46,238 nt of DNA from a virus. The DNA is taken from the IMG/VR virus record IMGVR_UViG_3300033141_002325, positions 1 to 46,238 of that record; one strand, given 5' to 3'. The notes beneath the pieces are model-generated. The model was given only the letters and a program-made list of their open reading frames with translations, did not search any database and was not told the DNA's origin. Positions 8,797 through 17,815 of the stretch are shown here, piece after piece. How positions within the stretch are numbered: the first letter of the stretch is position 1; each line of letters starts with the position of its first letter. Position numbers and translations under genes: made by a program.

Positions 8797-9798
8797 ATGA
8801 GTTGGAAAGGTGACTTTCTAAAAGCTGGTATCGACTCCGATGGACAGAACTTAGATGTTTTTGGAGGAAAGCTTACAATTGCAGGGATTCCTATAGTCGG
8901 AAGTGTTTTTGGTGATGCTTATTTTGTCGATTATAGAAACGGTGATGACGACTACAATGGCAAAACCAGAAACAAAGCCTTCAAAACATTAAGTGCTGCT
9001 ATTAGTCTTTGTTCCAGTAATAACAACGATGTGATTTTTATAGATGGTGACTCCGAAGTGGTTGAACCTGCTATGGTCGATCTGACCAAAAATAGAGTTC
9101 ATATCGTAGGATGTAATGGGCCTTTAGGACATTATGGTGCAGGAGCTAGAGTCAGTTGTACTCTTACAGAGGGTGCTACTAATATAGCAACGTTTAAGAA
9201 CACCGGAGTGAGAAATACCTTTACGGGAATTAAGTTCATAAATAATAACACTGTAGATGAGGGACTTTATTCCGTGGTGGAGGCAGGTGAGTATGCAAGA
9301 TATTTCGGCTGTGAGATTTATAAGTCGAATGACCTTGATGAAACTGCTGCTGCTGAACTTCTTCACAACGGTGATAGTGCAATGTTCTATAATTGCACAC
9401 TCGGATCGACCGCTAACATTGTGGCAGATAATAAGATTAGGCCTTGTGTGCTACTTTCTGCTACTATTACGGGTAAGAAGTGTCGTGACAGTTATTTCGA
9501 GAATTGCTTACTTCTTCGAAAAGCCGGTGGAACTGAAGCACAGTTTGTCTATGGCGCAAATGCTACTGATGTTGAAAGGATGTTAATGTTTAACGGATGT
9601 ACGTTCCTTAACAATCCTTTAAGTGCTGCAACTCCTGCTCATGCAGTAGGTTTTGGAGCTGCTCAGACTGAGGGTGTAGTGTTCCTGAAGAATTGTTCTT
9701 CTGTAGACTGTACGATTATGGCTGAAGCAAGTGTTGGTATCTATGTCGATGGCGCAGTTCCTACATTTGGTACTACGGGTGTTGCGAAGGCGTCTTAA
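8797..9798 (+). CDS. Putative right-handed beta-helix (pectate-lyase-fold-like) structural protein
   Basis: The track ORF starts at GTG 8788. ATG 8797 sits 8 nt after aggagg. The N-terminal GDAYFVDYRNGDDDYNGKTRNKAFKTLSAAI and periodic N/G/C-rich turns resemble beta-helix proteins. This is inference. Confidence 0.45.
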   Translation: MSWKGDFLKAGIDSDGQNLDVFGGKLTIAGIPIVGSVFGDAYFVDYRNGDDDYNGKTRNKAFKTLSAAISLCSSNNNDVIFIDGDSEVVEPAMVDLTKNRVHIVGCNGPLGHYGAGARVSCTLTEGATNIATFKNTGVRNTFTGIKFINNNTVDEGLYSVVEAGEYARYFGCEIYKSNDLDETAAAELLHNGDSAMFYNCTLGSTANIVADNKIRPCVLLSATITGKKCRDSYFENCLLLRKAGGTEAQFVYGANATDVERMLMFNGCTFLNNPLSAATPAHAVGFGAAQTEGVVFLKNCSSVDCTIMAEASVGIYVDGAVPTFGTTGVAKAS

Positions 9799-9825
9799 CT
9801 TAACAAATTTGGAGGTAATTGAAAT

Positions 9826-11121
9826 ATGGCTGCTTTTTTAGGAATGAGAGGAACGGGCGACTGGGCAACTGACCAACGTCCGAAGAATTGGAGAGAGGGT
9901 ATTCTTCACGAGTATCCCAACGGAATGGCTCCTTTGACTGCTCTTATGAGCAAGATGAAGGAAAGCTCGGTAGATGATCCTGAGTTCTACTGGTGGACTA
10001 AAGCATTACCTACGCAGGCTGGAGCTATTACAGCAGGTGAAATTTACACTGATGCAGTTATGAGTTCTGCTTGTGGTGATGCAAGTGCTTCTGGAGCTAT
10101 TCTTTATGTTAAAGTTACTGAGGCTGTAGCAGAGCAGTTTAGAGCTGGGCATCAGGTTTTGATGAGAGATACTTCTGATTATACAGTTGATGTCAATGCA
10201 AAGGTCACGGCTGTGCAGAAGAATGGCGCTAGTTCATGTATTACTGTTAAGCTTCTTGAAGCTGATGATAATAGTACTAGTCATGGAATGAGTGACGTTG
10301 ATAGGATTCTTATCATCGGTAATCTGAATCCTGAGGGTGCCGCAATGCCGGATGCGATTTCTAGAGATCCTACGAAGATTTACAACTATACGCAGATCTT
10401 CAGGTCTCCTCTGGAACTTACTCGAACGGCTAGACTCACGAAGCTTAGGACCGGAGATGCTTATACTGAGGCTAAGAGAGAAGCTCTTGAGATGCATTCT
10501 ATCGAAATGGAGAAAGCATTTATCTGGGGTATTAGAACTGAGAATGTTGGTTCTAATGGAAAACCGGAACGTACCACGCGTGGGCTGATAGATGTTATCA
10601 AGAACTATGCTTCTGGAAACGTTTCAGATTTTTCTCTTGACACAGACTATTCTGGTGATACTTGGTTGGCAAGTGGTGAGGAATGGCTTGATGATAAGTT
10701 GAGAGTTATGTTCCGTTATGGTAAGCGTGAGAAGTTGGTCTTCGCAGGTGATGGAGCACTTCTTGCAATTAACCGTCTTGCTAAGTCTTCTGGTCAGTTC
10801 CAGCTTACTCCTGCGACCAAATCCTATGGGATTCAGGTCACTGAGTGGCAAACTGCCTTTGGTAAGATTAACATCTTAACTCATCCGTTGTTTAGTTATG
10901 AAACCACGAATCAGTATTCCATGGTTATCTTTGAGCCGGAGAACATGAAGTATCGCTACATCACGGATACTACGTTCTACAAGGATCCTGATAAGCAAAA
11001 TACTGGTTGGACGAGGAAGGATGGAACAAGTGAGGAATTCCTTACTGAGTGTGGTCTGGAATATCACTTTCCTACAGGTTGGGGTTATCTGAATGGAGTT
11101 GGAAAGGATAACTCGGTGTAA
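9826..11121 (+). CDS. Major capsid protein
   Basis: 431 aa with RBS ggagg, lying downstream of the scaffold gene. The N-terminus MRGTGDWATDQRPKNWREGIL..PNGMAPLTALMSK resembles podophage capsid proteins I recall. A strong hairpin follows. Confidence 0.75.
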   Translation: MAAFLGMRGTGDWATDQRPKNWREGILHEYPNGMAPLTALMSKMKESSVDDPEFYWWTKALPTQAGAITAGEIYTDAVMSSACGDASASGAILYVKVTEAVAEQFRAGHQVLMRDTSDYTVDVNAKVTAVQKNGASSCITVKLLEADDNSTSHGMSDVDRILIIGNLNPEGAAMPDAISRDPTKIYNYTQIFRSPLELTRTARLTKLRTGDAYTEAKREALEMHSIEMEKAFIWGIRTENVGSNGKPERTTRGLIDVIKNYASGNVSDFSLDTDYSGDTWLASGEEWLDDKLRVMFRYGKREKLVFAGDGALLAINRLAKSSGQFQLTPATKSYGIQVTEWQTAFGKINILTHPLFSYETTNQYSMVIFEPENMKYRYITDTTFYKDPDKQNTGWTRKDGTSEEFLTECGLEYHFPTGWGYLNGVGKDNSV

Positions 11122-11144
11122 GTTAACTTAATTAACCTAGCTCT

Positions 11145-11174
11145 CCACAGGGAGGTGATTGTGCTTCCCTGTGG
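11145..11174 (+). terminator. Stem-loop after the capsid gene (attenuator or terminator-like)
   Basis: CCACAGGGA (11145-11153) pairs perfectly with TCCCTGTGG (11166-11174) around a 12-nt loop. Only a short TTTT follows. The 3' arm overlaps palindrome copy 2. Confidence 0.5.
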
Positions 11175-11191
11175 GGATATTTTCCCCAAAG
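11169..11191 (+). repeat. G4-N7-C4 quasi-palindrome, copy 2
   Basis: CTGTGGGGATATTTTCCCCAAAG. It lies 4-10 nt upstream of ATG 11195/11201 and overlaps the capsid hairpin. Confidence 0.8.
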
Positions 11192-11194
11192 GAA

Positions 11195-11923
11195 ATGATA
11201 ATGACTCTTAAAGAAATAAGAGCTTTGTTTGAAACAAGGAGTGGAAGAAGTGATCTTGTCAACACTGATGGATCAGATAACGGGGCAGACTTCTACATCC
11301 AATCTGGACAAAGAACTCTAGATCGAATGACGGAGACTAATAAGTCCTGGGCAAGGAGCTTCAAAACTCTTGCAGCTGGAGACTATTACGCAATCTTCAA
11401 GGGATGTAGAGCAGTTAAGGAAGTGTGGCTTTCTACTTCAGATGGCAGGACTAGGTTGACCAAGATTTCTCAGTCTGAATTCAGAAAGACTTACAATGAG
11501 GATGCTCCTGACGAGATTGATCAAGGAGATTCGCTGGTTTATTGTTTGATTTCCTTGCGTACTTATCCTGATGGCGATGACGTAGTTATTGACTACTTAT
11601 ATGATCACGAGTTAGTGATGGAGGACACTGATGATTTTGAGTATATGGGAATTATCTTCTCTCCGCCTCCTGATGAAGCTGCTCAACTGGAAGTGTTTGG
11701 ATTGTTCTATTCGACCACGCTTTCGGCAGACGGCGATGAAAGTTATTGGTCAGTTAATCATCCTGAGATTCTTCTAATGGCAGCACTTTATCATTTAGAA
11801 GTGAGCTATCGTAATACTGAAGGTGCTAAGGATTGGCTGGGGGCGATGAACCTTGAACTGATGAATCTGGAGAAAGATTGGGTAGAGAATGAAATTGCAG
11901 ATGTTACGCAGATCGAAGGTTAG
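11195..11923 (+). CDS. Hypothetical protein (head-tail adaptor candidate by position)
   Basis: The track ORF 11159..11923 begins inside the hairpin and palindrome. In-frame ATGs at 11195 and 11201 lie just after copy 2. Confidence 0.55.
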   Translation: MIMTLKEIRALFETRSGRSDLVNTDGSDNGADFYIQSGQRTLDRMTETNKSWARSFKTLAAGDYYAIFKGCRAVKEVWLSTSDGRTRLTKISQSEFRKTYNEDAPDEIDQGDSLVYCLISLRTYPDGDDVVIDYLYDHELVMEDTDDFEYMGIIFSPPPDEAAQLEVFGLFYSTTLSADGDESYWSVNHPEILLMAALYHLEVSYRNTEGAKDWLGAMNLELMNLEKDWVENEIADVTQIEG

Positions 11924-12098
11924 ATGTCCTATTTGTGGAGGCAAGGTTACTATCAAAACTAATCATGGATGTGCTCGATGTAATGGAAAGCCTTTGATTG
12001 GGATGAGTTGTAATAAGTGTAAAAGGAAGAAGTTTTATAGAATGAGTATGGAAGAGTTCTTGAAGGAGGTTTATTGTGAAAAGGGAGTTGACTATTAG
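11889..12098 (+). CDS. Possible small zinc-ribbon protein
   Basis: 69 aa with three CxxC pairs (CPIC, CARC, CNKC). It fills the 152-nt gap between 11923 and 12076 but overlaps both neighbours and has a weak RBS. Confidence 0.4.
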   Translation: MKLQMLRRSKVRCPICGGKVTIKTNHGCARCNGKPLIGMSCNKCKRKKFYRMSMEEFLKEVYCEKGVDY

Positions 12099-12654
12099 AG
12101 GAAACACCACTGAGGAAAAGCTGAAGTCTGTTGAGACTATTCTAAGCCGAATGAGTAGGAAGATGTCCAATAAGGTTATCGGAATTCTTCCAGCGTCTCC
12201 AGTTTTTGAGTATGCTTATGCTCCTGACTCAGAAGGGGTTGTAATGAGAAGGTTATTTCCTGCCTCTGGGAAGATTACTAAGGTTGGAATATCTTTTGAT
12301 GACAAAGGAAAGAAGGCTGTTAAGCTGACCTTTAGCGTGGAAAATAGCATTGCCTTGAGATCATTCTCAAGTTCTTTTATGATAAAGAAGATGACTGATG
12401 TTCTTACTGTGGACTTCGAGATCAAAGCTGGTGATAAGATCACTGTGCAAGTTGTGCCTGAAGAAGATGAGAAGGTTGGAGGGATTTGGATAGGGTTTAT
12501 TTACGAGATTTCTCTAAAAGAGTTAAGTCAGAAGGAGTTTATTCTTGAAGAGTTAGAACGAATGGTAGAGGAGGAAGTTAATTATGCCAGTCAAGGTGAA
12601 GAAACTCAAGAGCGGAAAGTACCAAGTGAGTCACGGAGGGAAGGTCTCGGCTAA
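12076..12654 (+). CDS. Hypothetical protein
   Basis: 192 aa with a GTG start 6 nt after aaggagg. Its 3' end overlaps the small ORF 12584..12760 by 71 nt. Confidence 0.65.
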   Translation: MKRELTIRGNTTEEKLKSVETILSRMSRKMSNKVIGILPASPVFEYAYAPDSEGVVMRRLFPASGKITKVGISFDDKGKKAVKLTFSVENSIALRSFSSSFMIKKMTDVLTVDFEIKAGDKITVQVVPEEDEKVGGIWIGFIYEISLKELSQKEFILEELERMVEEEVNYASQGEETQERKVPSESRREGLG

Positions 12655-12760
12655 GGCCACAAGTAAGGAGAGAGCAGAGGCACAGGAAATTCTCTTGCGT
12701 GCCGTGGCTCATGGATGGAAACCTACAGGAAAACCTGCTAAGAAGAGGAAGAAGAAATGA
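12584..12760 (+). CDS. Small lysine-rich basic protein (58 aa), absent from the ORF track
   Basis: ATG at 12584 follows gaggaggaagttaatt. Translation: MPVKVKKLKSGKYQVSHGGKVSAKATSKERAEAQEILLRAVAHGWKPTGKPAKKRKKK. The stop TGA overlaps the next ATG (ATGA at 12757-12760). Confidence 0.6.
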   Translation: MPVKVKKLKSGKYQVSHGGKVSAKATSKERAEAQEILLRAVAHGWKPTGKPAKKRKKK

Positions 12761-13185
12761 AAGCTTTTCAATATGTCTTTGAAGAAGGATTGATGAAGGG
12801 ATTAAGAAGATTTTCCTTCAATCCTCGAAATAATCAGGACTTAGTAGAATGCCATAATGCTATGCCTAGCGAGAATGGACTTAAGCCTCATAAGGTTGTT
12901 ACTTCCTTAGATGCTGATAGCATTAGTTGGGGAGGCGAAGGAAAGCTTGCGGCTTATAGTCCTACTAGGAATATCACTATTAACATTACTGATTATGTAA
13001 GTGAGGCAGATGTAGCTACTGCTGCAGTTTATATTGATGGAGTTTCGAAAGGAAATACTGACGCAAATGGAGAGATTGATATTACTGGTATTGCAGTAGG
13101 TACTCATACCCTTAAGGTAACAAAAACTGGTTATGTTGATTCAGACTTGGATGAGTTGCTTAACGACTATCTGGTGGTAACCTAA
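12757..13185 (+). CDS. Hypothetical protein with a carboxypeptidase-regulatory-like/Ig-like beta-sandwich C-terminus
   Basis: 142 aa. The segment ITINITDY..AAVYIDGVSKGNTDANGEIDITGIAVGTHTLKVTKTGYVD fits the CarboxypepD_reg pattern as I remember it. Confidence 0.5.
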   Translation: MKAFQYVFEEGLMKGLRRFSFNPRNNQDLVECHNAMPSENGLKPHKVVTSLDADSISWGGEGKLAAYSPTRNITINITDYVSEADVATAAVYIDGVSKGNTDANGEIDITGIAVGTHTLKVTKTGYVDSDLDELLNDYLVVT

Positions 13186-14723
13186 TGGCTGACGGAGATA
13201 CTAAGAAATTTTTACTCAAGAAAACTGCTGATCCTTATGACGAGTGGGATCCTGAGTTCACTATTAAGAAGAGGCTGAAAAAGACTACAGATCCTTATTC
13301 TAGATGGAATCCTGAGTTTACTGTTGAGAAGAAATTGAAGAGGACTGGTAAAGGATTTCCTTATACATTTTCTATCTTAAAAGATGTTGAAGGAACATGC
13401 GACGATCCTGATTATTATTTTAGGTGGGCTCCTGTTTATTGCAGTCTTTTGAATACTGATACTATGGATATCTCAGTTGAAGGTGGGATAGGACCTTTTA
13501 CATGGGAAGTTTCTGAAGATAATTTTGAGCTCGGAAGTGAAAATACGGAGGGTAGAACTAACACAATTAAAATAATTTATCCTTCGAGTATGGGAGACTC
13601 TGCTGTTGTAACAGTTACTGATTCTTGTGAGAATTTAGTTACTGGAAATGTTAAGGGTTGTTATCCTATAACAGTAGACCCTGATCTTATTTATCACTTT
13701 TATAGTACTGGTAGTCACGATTATGGTCAGTTAGGATTAGGAGCTGAAGTGAGTGAGGACAAACACGTATTTACAGCTGTTGGTTCAAGTACTTGGTTTC
13801 AACTAAGTGTTGGTTTTGCACATAGCTTAGCAATAAGTATTGACAACACGCTTTGGGGATGGGGCTATAATCATTATGGTCGTCTTGGTTTAGGAGACAC
13901 AACAGATAGATGGGAACCCACACTTATATCAAGTGGTTCGTGGAGTTCTATAGCTGCTGGCTCACAACACTCATTAGTAGTCAATAATGCAGGTGAGCTT
14001 TGGGCTTGCGGACTTAATACCAGTGGTCAGTTAGGTTTGAATGACGAAGTTAATAGAGATGAACTTACTAAAGTGGATGGCACTTGGGCATATGTGTTTG
14101 CAGGAAACGATTTTAGTATTGCTATGAAAGTAGACGGAACTATTTGGAGCTGCGGAGCAAACGATTGGGGACAGTTAGGACATGGAGATACTACTAAAAG
14201 AAAAGTTTTTACTCAGATAGGCTCAAGTTTATGGGATTCTATATCAAGTAGAGGTCCTAGTGTTCTGGGCATTCTTAATGATGGAACACTTTGGGGATGG
14301 GGTAATAACGACTATTGCGCTCTTGGACTAAGCGGAGGAAATAAAAGTGTTCCTACTTTAATAAACGAAGGTAATTGGAAAGCAGTTTCAGGTGCTCGAT
14401 CGGGTTTCTCGACTATAGCAATAAAAAGTGATGGAACTTTGTGGGGTTGTGGTTGGAATAGCAAAGGAGAGTTAGGTTTGGGTGATACTACATATAGAAG
14501 TAGTCTTACTCAGATAAGTTCAAATACTGATTGGAATAGTGTGGTAGTAGGTGGCTCGAACTCTTTTGCTCTTAAGTCTGATGAATCTCTTTATGCTGCT
14601 GGTTATAATTATCGTGGATCTTTAGGTTTGGGAGACACTATTGAGCGACATACTTTTGTTGAAGTTGGAAATTATAATGTTGTAGATACAGGATTATATT
14701 TTAGTGTTGCTGGAAAAAACTAA
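13185..14723 (+). CDS. RCC1-repeat (7-bladed beta-propeller) fibre/receptor-binding protein
   Basis: 512 aa with seven repeats of the type YGQLGLG / YGRLGLGDTTDRWEPT / SGQLGLNDEVNR / WGQLGHGDTTKR / KGELGLGDTTYR / RGSLGLGDTIER. The N-terminal module is shared with 14742..16010. Confidence 0.8.
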   Translation: MADGDTKKFLLKKTADPYDEWDPEFTIKKRLKKTTDPYSRWNPEFTVEKKLKRTGKGFPYTFSILKDVEGTCDDPDYYFRWAPVYCSLLNTDTMDISVEGGIGPFTWEVSEDNFELGSENTEGRTNTIKIIYPSSMGDSAVVTVTDSCENLVTGNVKGCYPITVDPDLIYHFYSTGSHDYGQLGLGAEVSEDKHVFTAVGSSTWFQLSVGFAHSLAISIDNTLWGWGYNHYGRLGLGDTTDRWEPTLISSGSWSSIAAGSQHSLVVNNAGELWACGLNTSGQLGLNDEVNRDELTKVDGTWAYVFAGNDFSIAMKVDGTIWSCGANDWGQLGHGDTTKRKVFTQIGSSLWDSISSRGPSVLGILNDGTLWGWGNNDYCALGLSGGNKSVPTLINEGNWKAVSGARSGFSTIAIKSDGTLWGCGWNSKGELGLGDTTYRSSLTQISSNTDWNSVVVGGSNSFALKSDESLYAAGYNYRGSLGLGDTIERHTFVEVGNYNVVDTGLYFSVAGKN

Positions 14724-14741
14724 ATATGAGAGGAGTTTAAC

Positions 14742-16010
14742 TTGTCTGACGGAGATAAGAAGATATTTAATCTGAAAAGAACTGGTTGCGGATTTCCTTA
14801 TAGTTTTCCTATTATTCAGGATTATTTTGGTTCTTGTGACAATCCTGCTTATTACTTTAGATGGAAGCCTGTGCTTGAATCTTTTTCTTATAATGATAGT
14901 AAAACGATTGTTGTAGAGGGTGGAGTAGGTGACTTTAGTTGGTCATTATATCCTGAAGATAGTGTGTTTAGTTTAGATAATGCCACTACGTCTGAAAGAA
15001 CTAATACTGTTAGAACAGATTTCTCAGCTGATATAGGAGACAGCGTTGTTGTTACGGTCGAAGATTCCTGTGGAAACAGTGTTTCAGGAATATTAAAGGT
15101 ATGTAGTTGCATTAGTGATGCTGATAAAGGATATGTTCAGCAAGAGGATTTTCTTGGTGTTGCAAGGAGTGCTGCTGTTGCGGCAAGTGTTGAAACTTCA
15201 ATATATGTTGGTCTGGGTGGAGGGCCTGCAGAGTACTTAAAGGATTGGTGGCAATATAATTTAGTTACAGATGGCTGGACTCAAAAAGCAGACTTTGGAG
15301 GAGGGATTAGATATGGTGCTCTTGCAGTAGCTTGTGGAACAAAAATTTATGCTGGCTTTGGATCTGACCACGCACATTCCAGATACGGTGATTGGTGGAA
15401 GTATGACACTGAAACGGATATTTGGACACAGAAAGCAAGTACTATTGCCAGGACTAATCTTGTTGGTGCTACGTACGGAACAAAAATTTACGTAGGAATG
15501 GGAGGTGAAGGTACTGCTATTAGCGATTGGTGGGAGTATGATACTGAGACAGATACTTGGACACAGAAAGCAATTTTTGATGATGGTTTAGGACGTCAAA
15601 GATCTGGAGCAGTTTGTGCTAGACTTGGGGCGTATATATATGTAGGATTGGGGCATACAATATACGCAGGATATCAATATCTAAAAGATTGGTGGAGATA
15701 CGACCCTGGAAATGATACTTGGCTTCAGAGGGCTAACTGCGTAATTGACTCAGGACTTTATGTCGCTATTGCAGTCGCACTGAACGAAAAGATTTATATA
15801 GGGACTGGAATGACAGACGGCGGAGATCAATCCAGTTCCAAAGATTGGATGAGATCTTATGATCCGGATACGAATACGTGGGCTGAAGAAGATGCTTTTT
15901 CAGGAGGACCCAGAAATAGTGCTGTGGCTGCGAGTGCAGGAGGTGCGATTTTTATGGGGACTGGATATTATACTTCAAGACTTAATGATTGGTGGAGATA
16001 TATTGCTTAA
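14742..16010 (+). CDS. Kelch-type beta-propeller fibre/receptor-binding protein
   Basis: 422 aa with a TTG start 6 nt after gagaggag. Six repeats of the type DWWQYNLVTDGWTQKADF / DWWKYDTETDIWTQKAS / DWWEYDTETDTWTQKA / DWWRYDPGNDTWLQRA. The N-terminal 120 aa are homologous to 13185..14723. Confidence 0.75.
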   Translation: MSDGDKKIFNLKRTGCGFPYSFPIIQDYFGSCDNPAYYFRWKPVLESFSYNDSKTIVVEGGVGDFSWSLYPEDSVFSLDNATTSERTNTVRTDFSADIGDSVVVTVEDSCGNSVSGILKVCSCISDADKGYVQQEDFLGVARSAAVAASVETSIYVGLGGGPAEYLKDWWQYNLVTDGWTQKADFGGGIRYGALAVACGTKIYAGFGSDHAHSRYGDWWKYDTETDIWTQKASTIARTNLVGATYGTKIYVGMGGEGTAISDWWEYDTETDTWTQKAIFDDGLGRQRSGAVCARLGAYIYVGLGHTIYAGYQYLKDWWRYDPGNDTWLQRANCVIDSGLYVAIAVALNEKIYIGTGMTDGGDQSSSKDWMRSYDPDTNTWAEEDAFSGGPRNSAVAASAGGAIFMGTGYYTSRLNDWWRYIA

Positions 16011-16021
16011 GGGAGTAAAAA

Positions 16022-17320
16022 ATGGCTATAAATGGAACAGGCGCGTGGGATACGATAACTTGGCCTTGGCCTCAGGTAAGATTCTTAGAGTATTATACTT
16101 TAGGATTTGCTCTTATAGATTCAAACCTGTGGTTATATGAGCTTTATTGCAGCATAAGTGATGTATGGCAAGCTACTGCAATTAAGAATCTTGGAGCTTA
16201 CACTAACATTGATCAGATAGATGTAGTAGAGTCAGGAAATTTCTACTTGCTTACTGTCTTTGGTAGGCCTAGTGGAACTATCACGATTGACTCTTACATT
16301 CGAAATCCAGGAACTGGCACGCCATTGGTTACTCAGCTTCCCTCAAGTTACATTCCTGAGAGCATTGCAGTATGTAACTATAATGGTCAGTTCATTCTTG
16401 GTGGGATTCTTCATGGAGATAACACTAAGTTTGGCGACGCAGGATTGAACACAGTTATGTGGAGTCAGATTGGGAGAGTAGAGTTCAGGATAGATAACAG
16501 TGTCACTCGTACCGCAGGCTATATGAATATGCCTTGGGGAGAGTGGAAGACTGGCGTGGTTTACAAGGTTAAGAAGTTAGGACAAAAAGTCCTTGTTTAC
16601 GGAGATGGAGGAAAAGGATTTTTAATCCCTATTAGTCAGCCTGTTAGTGGTTATGGATTCGAGAATGTTTCAGGAGCTGGAATTAGGTCTGGATTTCATA
16701 TAGATGGAGATGATGATGTACATGGATTTATAGATTCCAACTACGATTTTTGGTTAGTGAGAAGCGATTATCAGTTCAAAAAGCTTGGATATAATGAGTT
16801 TATGAAGGATCTTATTACTAACGGAACAACAAAGGTTTCTTATGAGCCTCAAGGTAAAAGGTTCTACATAAGCAACGGAGTTAAAGGTTATGTTCTTACT
16901 GAATATGGGCTTTACTCGACGAATCAATTAGTGACTTCGATAGGAAATTATCGTGGCAAAACTCTATGTGGATTCTTCAAAGATTCAGAAGACGCAGAAT
17001 ATCGTCTGGTTTCTGACACCCTTGATTTTGGTATAAGAGGGATGAAAACGGTAGAGACAATGGAAGTAGGAGTTGACTCACCCACGGAGATTTATGGAGC
17101 TGTTGATTATCGCTATGATAAGACAGGTAGTTTTACTCGAAGTAGTTGGGTTAGAACTAATAAAGAAGGAGGAGTAGGAATAATCAAGTCAGCTCCAGAG
17201 TTTAGGTTGTGTGTGAAGTCTGCTGCTTTTGCCAACGTGAACGTGGACTATATTAACATCATGGTTAAAACAGTAGATAAAAGAATGATAAGAGGAGCTT
17301 ACAGTCCCAAGACCAAATAA
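16022..17320 (+). CDS. Hypothetical structural protein (tail or nozzle candidate by position)
   Basis: 432-aa ORF with gggag upstream, located in the tail module. I recognised no motif. Confidence 0.55.
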   Translation: MAINGTGAWDTITWPWPQVRFLEYYTLGFALIDSNLWLYELYCSISDVWQATAIKNLGAYTNIDQIDVVESGNFYLLTVFGRPSGTITIDSYIRNPGTGTPLVTQLPSSYIPESIAVCNYNGQFILGGILHGDNTKFGDAGLNTVMWSQIGRVEFRIDNSVTRTAGYMNMPWGEWKTGVVYKVKKLGQKVLVYGDGGKGFLIPISQPVSGYGFENVSGAGIRSGFHIDGDDDVHGFIDSNYDFWLVRSDYQFKKLGYNEFMKDLITNGTTKVSYEPQGKRFYISNGVKGYVLTEYGLYSTNQLVTSIGNYRGKTLCGFFKDSEDAEYRLVSDTLDFGIRGMKTVETMEVGVDSPTEIYGAVDYRYDKTGSFTRSSWVRTNKEGGVGIIKSAPEFRLCVKSAAFANVNVDYINIMVKTVDKRMIRGAYSPKTK

Positions 17321-17322
17321 CC

Positions 17323-17345
17323 CTTTGGGGATTTTTTCCCCACAG
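17323..17345 (+). repeat. G4-N7-C4 quasi-palindrome, copy 3
   Basis: CTTTGGGGATTTTTTCCCCACAG. It begins 2 nt after stop TAA 17318-17320 and ends 14 nt before ATG 17360. Confidence 0.8.
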
Positions 17346-17359
17346 AGAAAGGATTAACT

Positions 17360-17806
17360 ATGTTACAGCAAATAATGCCAGAACAAATACCAGCTTTTTG
17401 GGGACCTATTGAAGAGACATTAAGAAAAGCTCTTCCTGCAATTCCAGGAGAATCAGAAAATAAGTTTAACAATATTCTTACAAAACTTTTAGAGGGAATA
17501 ATGACTTGCTGGGTAGCATATAAAGTGGTTAACAAGGAGAAGATTTCTAATGCAATAGTTCTTACAATCCCAATTAGTGATGTCCTTACAGAAACGAAAA
17601 GTCTTTTGATTTATGCTTTGGCTACTATAAACGAAGAGAAAGGAAGCTTGCAAGATTATCAAGAGGGAATTACAGCTCTCAGAAAGTATGCGAAATTTAT
17701 TGGTTGTAATAGAGTTATTGCTTATGTAGATGATGAATATCTTATTGATATGATAAAGAAGATAGGAGGAGTAACTAATTATTCTTTTGTCTCATTTTCT
17801 TTATAG
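17360..17806 (+). CDS. Hypothetical protein
   Basis: 148-aa ORF with aaagga upstream. The C-terminal pattern ..ALRKYAKFIGCNRVIAYVDDEYLIDMIKKIGG is vaguely GNAT-like, which is weak inference. Confidence 0.5.
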   Translation: MLQQIMPEQIPAFWGPIEETLRKALPAIPGESENKFNNILTKLLEGIMTCWVAYKVVNKEKISNAIVLTIPISDVLTETKSLLIYALATINEEKGSLQDYQEGITALRKYAKFIGCNRVIAYVDDEYLIDMIKKIGGVTNYSFVSFSL

Positions 17807-17815
17807 GAGGAGGTT

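Noticed and set aside
9257-9586. 109-aa plus-strand ORF overlapping the beta-helix gene in another frame
   Set aside because: It is fully embedded in 8797..9798. Its composition is hydrophobic and Cys/Leu-rich, typical of an off-frame read, and it has no RBS.
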